Assembly: GCA_977017575.1 (NCBI GenBank)
Contig: CDRNVI010000221.1
Span: forward strand, 1-23,539
Source of the DNA: Paramoeba atlantica
Taxonomy: Eukaryota > Protista > Discosea
Length of the DNA stretch: 23,539 bases
Reading direction: 5' to 3'
The number at the start of each line of letters is the position of its first letter. Position 1 is the first letter of the stretch. The translations under genes and the position numbers were made by a program. Positions 1 to 8,236 of this stretch are shown here, one piece after another. Below the pieces are notes generated by a model that was given only the letters and a program-made list of their open reading frames with translations, did not search any database and was not told the DNA's origin.

Positions 1-690
1 AAACTTAATAATTTTTTATTGACAGAATATATTTGGTAGTTTCTCTGGGGCGGAGACCTCATAAAATGTAACTGAGGTGTACAAAGGTAATTAAAATTTT
101 ATTAGAAAATTTTGGCGTGTAATGGCTAAAAATTACTTAACTGTGAGATTTACAAATCAAACAGAGATCTTTTTTATTAAAAAGGTCGGTCATAGTGATC
201 CAATATAATTGAATGGAAAATATATTGCTCAACGGATAAAAGGTACGCTAGGGATAACAGGCTTATGACTCCGGAGAGAAGATATCGACGGGGTTGTTTG
301 GCACCTCGATGTCGATTGGTCACATCCTGGTTAAGAAAAATGTTCCAAGGGTAAGGCTGTTCGCCTTTTAAAGTGGCACCTGAATTGGGTTCAGAACGTC
401 GTGAGACAGTTCGGTTCCTATCTACTATTAATTAATTAAAATTGAAGGAATCTTATCTTAGTACGAAAGGACTGGAGAAGGAATATCACTGGTAAATCGG
501 TTGTAATTATAATTGCATAGTCGAGTAGCTAAATATTAATAATATAATTATTGAATTCAATCAGATATAAGAAGATTATCCTAAAATATTTTAAAAGTAT
601 TGATTGTAAAAGATTATTACGAAATTAAGTTATGTGTGTAAGTCCTGTGAAGGATTGAGCTAAATAATTTTAAGAATCAATCTAATTTAT
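1..690 (+). rRNA. rnl: Mitochondrial LSU rRNA, 3' part (domains V-VI), truncated by window start; 3' end approximate
   Basis: Conserved PTC motifs: GGGATAACAGGC (~251), GGCACCTCGATGTCG (~300), A-loop GGCTGTTCGCC (~355), CAGAACGTCGTGAGACAGTTCGG (~392), AGTACGAAAGGAC (~460). The P-loop helix shows compensatory changes (CTCTG-GGG-CGGAG vs E. coli GACTG-GGG-CGGTC). Confidence 0.95.
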
Positions 691-815
691 AAAAAGAAAA
701 AAGAAAAAAGAAAAAAAATTTCTATATAAGAAAAAATAAAATATATAATATTTTGAAAATATTATATGTAATAAAACAACAAACTTTAAATTAAAGTTTG
801 TAATTTGTAAAACAA

Positions 816-888
816 TACTTGGTAGTTTCAATGGTAAAATAATTGGCTGTTAACCAATCAGATGTAGGTTCGAATCCTGCCCAGGTCG
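816..888 (+). tRNA. trnN: tRNA-Asn(GUU), 1:72 T:C mismatch
   Basis: Anticodon arm ATTGG-CT GTT AA-CCAAT; T arm GTAGG-TTCGAAT-CCTGC; acceptor TACTTGG/CCAGGTC; discriminator G. Confidence 0.93.
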
Positions 889-902
889 TTGTATAAAAAT
901 AA

Positions 903-991
903 GTTTATGTGGCTGAGTGGTTTAAAGTAATCCTCTTGAAAAGGATCGTATAATTTTAATTATACCGTGGGTTCGAATCCCACCATAATCT
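903..991 (+). tRNA. trnS: tRNA-Ser(UGA), long variable arm, 2:71 T:T mismatch
   Basis: Anticodon arm ATCCT-CT TGA AA-AGGAT; long variable arm; T arm GTGGG-TTCGAAT-CCCAC; acceptor GTTTATG/CATAATC. Confidence 0.92.
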
Positions 992-1053
992 TAATATAAA
1001 AAAAAGGAAAAAATTTATGTAAATTATATAATATATAATATATTATATATAAA

Positions 1054-2585
1054 TACTTGTATGTTTTATTCTGGCTTTGAGTAAATGCTAGTAGTTCGCT
1101 TAACACATGCTAGTCAATTAAAATTTAAAATTTAAAATTAATGGCGTAAGGGTGAGTAATATATAAAAACGGGACTTATAATTATGTTTATATTATAAAC
1201 TGGTTTATAAAGATTTAGGTAGTTGGAGGTGTAATAGACTAACAAGCCGATAATTCTTAGTTGATCTTAGAAGGAGGTACAACCACATTGGGAATGAGAA
1301 AAGGCCCAAGTTCCATTAGGAGGCAGCAGTGAGGAATATTGAACAATGAGCGAAAGCTTGATTCAGCGAAACTACCTGAATTATGACAATTTATTGAAAA
1401 ATTCTTGTTTAAGTGAGCATAATGAGGTTAAACTTAAGAATAAGCATCGACTAACTTCGTGCCAGCAGTCGCGGTGATACGGAGGATGCGGGTGTTACTC
1501 AGCATTACTGGGCGTAAAGCGTATGATAAGTGGTTTATTTTTTAATAATATAATTTTAAAGGCGTTATTAGTAATAATGAATAAATTATATATTAGTAAA
1601 CTAAGAGTATTATTCAGATATATAGTATTCATAGAGGAAAGGTGAAATTTTATGATACTATGGAGACTATCAGAAGGTGAAAGCTATATATTAGATTTAT
1701 ACTGACACTAAAGTACGAAGGTATGGGTATCAAAGAGGATTAGAGACCCTTGTAGTCCATACAGACAACGATGGATGCTAACTGTAGGAAATATTTTTGT
1801 GGTTTAGCTAACGCGTAAGCATCCCGCCTGGGGAGTATGATCGCAAGATTTGAACTCAAAGAAAGTGGCTGAGATTTGGTACGAACGGTGGAACATGTGG
1901 TTTAATCTGATATAACGCATAAAATCTTACCAATTCTAGATTGAAAAAAATTATAATAAATATAGTAAACTTTATATAATTTTTTTAAGCAGGTGTCGCA
2001 TGGCTGTCGTCAGCTCGTGTAGTGATATGTATGGTTAGGTCCTGTAACGAGTGTAATCCTTACAATATAATAAAATATATGATATATTATTATATTATTA
2101 TATGTTATATTATTATATGTTATATTATTATATTTTATTATATTGTATTATTAATTATATATTAAATGAAATAGAGGAGGACGTCAAGTAGGTATGGCCC
2201 TGATGAATTGGGCTACACACGTGTTACAAAAATAATTACAAAAAAAAAATAAATTGTGAAATTTATTTAAATTATAAAGATTATTATAGTTCGGATTATT
2301 TTTTGAAAATAAAAATATGAAGTTGAAATCGTCAGTAATCGAAAATTAGAATGTTTCGGTGAAATGGGATCCAAATCTAGTACACACTGCCCGTCACGCC
2401 AAGAAAGTTGTTAATATTGGAAAAATTATAATTAATAATTTATATTTATTAATTATTTTTAATCTATTGGAGATAATTAATTTTTAATAAAATATTATTA
2501 ATTATTTAATTTGAATGTATTGATAGTAATCAGGGTGAAGTCGTAACATGGTAGTGGTAGGGGAACCTGCCGCTGGATGGAAAAT
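1054..2585 (+). rRNA. rns: Mitochondrial SSU rRNA (ends approximate)
   Basis: TTAACACATGCTAGTC (~1100), GGAGGCAGCAGT (~1319), GTGCCAGCAGTCGCGGTGATAC (~1460), GCATGGCTGTCGTCAGCTCGTG (~1998), GTACACACTGCCCGTCAC (~2380), GAAGTCGTAACATGGTAG (~2537). AT-rich variable regions; no anti-Shine-Dalgarno tail. Confidence 0.96.
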
Positions 2586-2589
2586 AAAT

Positions 2590-2695
2590 TTATATTTTTT
2601 TAAAGGTAAGCTTATCGAACCCCTTTAAAATATTATATATTAAATTATATTCTCGTAAAAATTTTTTATAAGAGTGTATAATTTATATTAATACA
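2590..2695 (+). rRNA. Candidate divergent mitochondrial 5S rRNA
   Basis: Stem AAAGG/CCTTT closes a loop ending TCGAAC, like 5S loop C. A long hairpin follows at 2641-2685. It lies directly after rns and has 5S-like length. Helix I is not convincingly seen. Confidence 0.4.
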
Positions 2696-2707
2696 AATCA
2701 TATTTTA

Positions 2708-2796
2708 GGTGAGTTGACCGAGTGGTTGAAGGTGTCGATCTGCTAAATCGATATATTATTCATATAATATCATGGGTTCGAATCCCATACTTACCT
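2708..2796 (+). tRNA. trnS: tRNA-Ser(GCU), long variable arm
   Basis: Acceptor GGTGAGT/ACTTACC fully paired; anticodon arm TCGAT-CT GCT AA-ATCGA; T arm ATGGG-TTCGAAT-CCCAT. Confidence 0.94.
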
Positions 2797-2829
2797 TATA
2801 AAAAAATAATTTGTAATTAAAAAAAGTTT

Positions 2830-2902
2830 TTGGGGGTAGCTCAGTAGGTAGAGCGAAAGCCTGAAAAGCTTTAGGTCATTGGTTCAAACCCAATTCTCCA
2901 CA
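2830..2902 (+). tRNA. trnF: tRNA-Phe(GAA), 1:72 T:C mismatch
   Basis: D arm GCTC/GAGC; anticodon arm AAAGC-CT GAA AA-GCTTT; T arm ATTGG-TTCAAAC-CCAAT; acceptor TTGGGGG/TCTCCAC. Confidence 0.94.
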
Positions 2903-3233
2903 TAAAACTTATATTAAATTTAATTATATATGGAATCATTAAAAAGAAAAAGAAAGAAAATTAAAAAAATAGAAAAAGTTTAAAAAAATAGAAAAATTAA
3001 GGAAAGAAATAATACAAATATGTTTGAAAAAAAGAAAGTTTAATAAAAAATAGAAAAATTAAATTAATAAAAATTAATAGATTTAAATTACCTTCAGTTA
3101 CTTGATTATATAAAAAAAGGTTTAATATAAAATTAAAAAGCAAGTATATATATGCAGCAAAATTATCTTTTTTTTAAAAAAAGATATTTATTTATTAATA
3201 TACTAAAAAATTTTTTAAAGGGTTCAAAATTAG

Positions 3234-3602
3234 ATTGGTTATCTTTGAAATTTTTGTACTATTAATTTAATATTAAAATTTAGAAAAAATACTTATTTAA
3301 ATTTTTCGCATATTAATGGTAATGTAATAAAAAATTTTTCATGTGGTTTTTATTATAAAAAATCATTAAAAAAAACATATTTTGCTTTAAATTCATTAAT
3401 TGTAGCTTCAAAAATTGATTTTAAATATTTATATATGAAAAAATGATTCATATTAAATATAATTTATAAATATTATACTCGTAAAATTTTGAGAAATTTA
3501 AAAGAATTATTTGAGACTACACCTTATAATTTAAAATTTATTAATTTTATAAAATCAAAAGCTCATAATGGTATAAGAAAGAAAAAGAGAAGAAGAAAAT
3601 AA
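3234..3602 (+). CDS. rps11: Mitochondrial ribosomal protein uS11 core; true start uncertain (possibly ATG 2930 via frameshifts)
   Basis: Manual code-4 translation: KFRKNTYLNFSHINGNVIKNFSCG...KKTYFA...KAHNGIRKKKRRRK*, matching uS11 FNNTIVTITD..GN..SAG and PHNGCRPPKKRRV. Missed by the ORF track. Confidence 0.75.
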
Positions 3603-3605
3603 TAA

Positions 3606-3930
3606 ATGAAAAAGAAAAAAATTATAAATTATTTAGATAATTCTTTTTTAAGTTTATTATCTATAGAATATAAAAAAAAATTAAATAATAATATATCTAT
3701 TGAATTAAAGTATTTTTATTGATTATATAAGAATGTATATATACGTAATATTAAAGGATTAATTATAAATTTTAATAAAAAACAATATTTAAATATGGAA
3801 AGTTTTTTATTATATTATAGGTATAAAAAATATACGATTAAATCAATTATATTTTGTTACTTCACCTTTTAATCTATTTTTAAAATATAAAATTAGTAAT
3901 ATTAAAAAATATAAATTATATATATTATAA
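3606..3930 (+). CDS. Unidentified mitochondrial ORF (about 107 aa if one +1 shift near 3803-3808 is removed; 88 aa to TAA 3870 as read)
   Basis: ATG right after the rps11 stop. Open with TGA=Trp and fills the gap to nad9. K/N/I/Y-rich; no motif recognised. Confidence 0.45.
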
Positions 3931-3942
3931 ATAAAAAAAAAT

Positions 3943-4533
3943 ATGTTATTAAAAAAAAATAGTAATAATTATGCTGTAAATTATATATTAAATTTACTAA
4001 TTAAATATATTTCGCATATAAAAATAACAGATGAATTTATTAAAATTAAATTAGTATCAAAAGATTATTTAGGTTTTGTTTTAAATATTTTTAATAAGCA
4101 TACTTTTTTAAGATATAAGGTAATAACTGATATTTGCTGTAGTGATTTTATTGATAGAGCTAAACGTTTTGAAATTGATTATAATTTATTAAGTATAGAT
4201 TATAATTCTAGATTAATTATTTCTGTATCTTGTGATAAATTAGATGTTATAAGATCTATTACTGATATTTATTTAGGTGCCGATTGGTTAGAACGTGAAG
4301 TTTGAGATATGTATGGTATTTTTTTCATGGGTCATAAAGATTTAAGACGTATATTAACCGATTATGGTTTTGAAGGTTATCCGTTTCGTAAAGATTTTCC
4401 TTTAAATGGTTATTTAGAAATAAGGTATGATGAAGATAAACAATATTTGATTTATGAGCCTATTGAATTAATGCAAAATATGAGATCATATAGTTTTACT
4501 AATCCTTTATTAAATAAAAAATATATACTTTAA
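3943..4533 (+). CDS. nad9: NADH dehydrogenase subunit 9 (two track ORFs joined through TGA=Trp at 4303)
   Basis: [18 protein letters not shown](W)[31 protein letters not shown]. Confidence 0.96.
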
Positions 4534-4537
4534 AAAC

Positions 4538-5723
4538 GTGAATAAAATATTTAAAAAAATAAAAACTTTTACAATTAATTTTGGACCACAGCATCCAGCA
4601 GCTCATGGAGTTTTAAGATTAATATTAGAATTAAATGGTGAAATTATAGAAAGAGCTGATCCTCATATAGGATTATTACATAGAGGTACTGAAAAATTAA
4701 TAGAATATAAGACTTTTATACAAGCTTTACCTTATTTTGATAGATTAGATTATGTATCTATGATGGCTCAAGAACATTGTTATTCATTAGCTGTAGAAAC
4801 TTTAAGTTCTACTAATGTACCTATAAGAGCAAAGATGATACGTATGATTTTTGGTGAAATAACTAGAATATTAAATCATATTTTAGGGTTAACTACACAT
4901 GCGTTAGATGTTGGAGCGATGACACCTTTTTTATGACTTTTTGAAGAACGTGAAAAATTAATGGAATTTTACGAAAGGGTATCAGGTGCTAGAATGCATG
5001 CAGCATATATAAGACCAGGAGGTATTAGTCAAGATATACCTATGTCTTTTTGTGATGATTTATATAAATTTACACAAAATTTTATTAACTCTTTAATGGA
5101 AATGGAAGAATTATTAAATAGAAATAGAATATGAAAGCAACGTTTAGTTGATGTAGGTATATTAGATTATAATCAAGCACAAACTTGAGGTTGTAGTGGA
5201 GTTATTTTAAGAGGATCTGGTATTCCTTGAGATATTAGAAAAAGTGAACCTTATGAATTATATAATGAAGTTGATTTTAAATCTTATATAGGAAATAAAG
5301 GTGATTGTTTTGATAGATTTTTAATTAGATTAAAAGAAATGCATGAGAGTTTAAAAATAATTTTACAACTTTTAAATAATTTAAAAGAAGGTCCTATTTC
5401 AAATTACAATAATAAATTAACTATACCTTCAAGATCATTAATGAAGTTTTCTATGGAATCTTTAATACATCATTTTAAATTATTTACAGAAGGTGTTAAT
5501 ATACCTTTTAATGATGTTTATAGATCTATAGAAGCTCCTAAAGGGGAATTTGGTGTTTTTTTTAGTTTCGGGAGGATTAAATAGACCGGTAAGATGTAAG
5601 ATAAAAGCACCAGGGTTTAATCATTTACAATTATTAGATACATTATCAAAAGGACATATGATAGCCGACGTTGTTACTATTATAGGTACTTTAGATATAG
5701 TTTTTGGGGAGGTTGATCGTTAA
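4538..5723 (+). CDS. nad7: NADH dehydrogenase subunit 7; GTG start, internal TGA=Trp, apparent +1 frameshift in T-run 5556-5563
   Basis: [41 protein letters not shown]. After removing one T it continues [13 protein letters not shown]...[19 protein letters not shown] (TAA 5721-5723). Confidence 0.95.
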
Positions 5724-5756
5724 TCAAATATTAATATAATATTAAATATTATATAT

Positions 5757-6212
5757 ATGCAAAAAAAATTAAATCGATTTTTTAATTTAAGAATTAATTC
5801 TAGAGGTGCCGCTTTTGAAAATTTAAATATAGGACCTAATTTAAGTCCTTATATGAATAGAGAGAAAATCAAAGAATTTTGTAATGAATTTAATAAACAA
5901 ACTTTTATATATAGATCGGAAGATTTATTAATATATGTTAGATTATTTTTATATACTGATAAATCATTTGTTTTTTTAATAAAAGGACCTTCTTTTAGTA
6001 CTTTATTAAAATTGGTTTGAAATATTATGAGTTTAACTAATAAAAATATTATGGAAAATTCAATTACATTAAGAAGTCTATATGATATTGTTATATTGCG
6101 TAATTATTATTGATTTAAATTATATAATAATTTAAATCAAAATTGAATAAAATTGCGATTTAAAAATAGTTTTTTTTCTATATCAAATTTACAAATTAAT
6201 AAAATTATATAA
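5757..6212 (+). CDS. rpl11: Mitochondrial ribosomal protein uL11
   Basis: IGPNLSPY...IKEFCNEFNKQT...LYTDKSFVFLIKGP matches uL11 VGPALG..IMEFCKAFNAKT..VYADRSFTFVTKTP. Read through TGA 6018/6111/6144 to TAA 6210. Confidence 0.88.
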
Positions 6213-6218
6213 AAAAAT

Positions 6219-6599
6219 ATGAATAATAATATTATAGCTTTTTTTTATGTAAATCAATATAAATCGTTTAATAATTTTGAACAAATTTATTTAAACATAA
6301 TGAATTTATCTAATATTAATTTATTATATAAAATTTTTGTTAATATTAAATATTTTCTAATTATTAATAAGAAATATTTTAAAGATTATTTTACTAATCT
6401 TTTAAATAATGATGAATTATTATTTTTATGATATAAAAATAAATTATATAGTAAAGGAACTTTAGAACAAATAAATAATAGTTTGTTATTAAATTTAAAT
6501 AAAAAGTATTATTTATTTAATGAATTAATGAAATTCAATTATGAAAAAAAAATTATTAATACGTTAATAATATTTAAATATAAATTATGGCTTCGTTAA
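6219..6599 (+). CDS. 126-aa ORF, probable divergent uL10
   Basis: Sits between rpl11 and rps12, the ancestral rplJ position. [10 protein letters not shown] and LLFLWYKNKLYS loosely resemble uL10 strands. Read through TGA 6429; overlaps the rps12 start. Confidence 0.5.
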
Positions 6600-6997
6600 A
6601 TCAATTAATAAGAAATAAAGGCAGAGTAAAAAAAAAAAGACGTACAAAAGTTCTTTTGTTAGATTCTTGTCCACAAAAAAGAGGTGTTTGTATTGAAATT
6701 AGAAATAGTGTTAGTCCAAAGAAACCAAATTCCGCTAAAAGAAAAGTAGCAAAAATAAGGTTATCAACAGGTAAAAAATTAATAGCAGTTATACCAGGTC
6801 AAGGTCATAATTTACAAAAATATTCAGTTGTTATGATTAGAGGAGGACGTGCTAGAGATATTCCAGGTGTACGTTATAAATTGATAAAAGGAAAATATGA
6901 TTTTAGTAATTGAGAACGTGAAGAACGAAATAAAAGTCGTTCTAAATATGGTTTGAAAAAAAAAAAGAAGGAAGGAAAGATTTTAAAAGATGAATAA
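6587..6997 (+). CDS. rps12: Mitochondrial ribosomal protein uS12
   Basis: [36 protein letters not shown], and after TGA=Trp SRSKYG; stop TAA 6995. Confidence 0.96.
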
Positions 6998-7409
6998 TTG
7001 AATAAAATATTTAATACAATTATTAATAAGAAAAGGAAAAAAACAACGAATTATATTAAGTTTAGAGAAAATTTTTATTAATATAAAAAAAATATATGGT
7101 TGTTTAAATACTTTTTTTAAACAAATAGAAACTAATATATTCATTAGAATGTTTTGTTATATTAAAAAAGTAGGAGGTAAAAAATTATTAATACCACATA
7201 TTTTAAAATCAAAAGATTCTATACCATATTCTGTTAAATTAATAGTTAGATCTATTAATTCTAGAACTGAGCGAAAATTTCAAGAACGTATTCAAAATGA
7301 ATTAATAGATGTATATAATAATAAAGGTTTATCTATAAAAAAAAAAAATGATATGTATAGATTAATAGAAGCAAATTATACTAATATTAGATTTAAAAGA
7401 AAAAAATAA
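6990..7409 (+). CDS. rps7: Mitochondrial ribosomal protein uS7
   Basis: ATG 6990 overlaps the rps12 stop. LLIRKGKK, KKVGGKKLLIP, RIQNELID..NNKGLSIKKKNDMYRLIEAN; follows rps12. Confidence 0.9.
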
Positions 7410-7412
7410 TAT

Positions 7413-8154
7413 ATGTTAAAAAGGAAAAAACAGTCAAAAACAATAAAATATTTAACATTTGGTTTAAAAAATTATGCAGGAGTTAATAATATGGGTCATA
7501 AAACAGTTAAATCAAAGGGAACTAGAGTTAAAAAGAAATATAGATTAATTGATTTTTTTAGAACTTACGTTGATATACCTGCAATGGTATTAAGAATTGA
7601 GTATGATCCTAATAGATCTGCAAATATAGCTTTAATATGTTATAAAAATGGATTTTTATCTTATATTTTAGCAGCCGAAGGTTTGAAAGAAGGTATGGTT
7701 TTAAATTCAGTAGATAAAATTGTTGGTTCTACATATCCTTTAGTAAATATAAAATTTGGTTCTTTTATATCTTGTATGGAATTAAAAAAAAAAAGGAAGT
7801 AAAGTAGCTAGATCTGCAGGTTCTTTTTGTTTATTAATATCACAAATAAATGAAAATTATTATTTAATAAGATTTCCTTCTGGTTTAGAAAAATTAATTT
7901 TTAAATATAATAAAGCTATGATAGGTATTGTATCAAATAGAGGGCATAATTTAATAAAAAAAGGTAAAGCGGGTGTTAATATAAGATTAGGTAAAAAATC
8001 AACAGTTAGAGGTGTAGCAAAAAATTGTGTAGATCACCCTAATGGTGGTGGTAGAGGTAAAACTTCTCCATGAGTCGATTGTCCAAATTTTACAAGACGT
8101 GTATTAAAATTTGTACCTACAACTAAGAAAAAAAAAAAAAATGAATTTAAATAA
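7413..8154 (+). CDS. rpl2: Mitochondrial ribosomal protein uL2; apparent +1 frameshift in A-run 7784-7794
   Basis: GVNNMGH, KKYRLIDF, IEYDPNRSANIALI. After removing one A: GSKVARSAG...GKAG...VRGVAKNCVDHPNGGG.GK. Confidence 0.94.
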
Positions 8155-8236
8155 TATTAAAAATATTAAAAATATTATTTATTTTTTAAATTTTTCAAAA
8201 ATAGATAAATTTATTTGATTAAAGTTAAGTCGATCA
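8141..8236 (+). pseudogene. 5' fragment of probable rps19, cut at the junction
   Basis: ATG overlaps the rpl2 end, at the canonical position after rpl2. ...KFIWLKLSRS at residues 30-32 is about where uS19 has WSRxS. Weak sequence support. Confidence 0.45.
8227..8236. other. Mitochondrion/bacterium junction (AAGTCGATCA)
   Basis: Abrupt change in GC content and genetic code; in-frame TAA at 8226 cuts the dnaA frame. Confidence 0.85.

Noticed and set aside
903-991. tRNA with TGA as the decoder of UGA-Trp
   Set aside because: TGA is the anticodon (reads UCA, Ser), and the long variable arm confirms tRNA-Ser.
691-1050. A-rich tract (691-718), inverted repeat ACAAACTTTAA/TTAAAGTTTGT (779-801) and 20-bp AT palindrome (1031-1050)
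   Set aside because: These are expected by chance in such low-complexity AT-rich spacers; no function can be supported.
2091-2135. CRISPR-like repeats (also the 12-bp periodicity at 20092-20124)
   Set aside because: These are adjacent tandem units with no spacers, and there are no cas genes.
1-2585. Introns or homing endonucleases in the rRNAs
   Set aside because: The conserved cores are collinear, and no large insertion or LAGLIDADG/GIY-YIG ORF is visible.
8227-8236. Genuine integration of mtDNA into a bacterial chromosome
   Set aside because: It would destroy the dnaA start, and there are no integrase, att or IS features. An artefact is much more parsimonious until spanning reads are shown.
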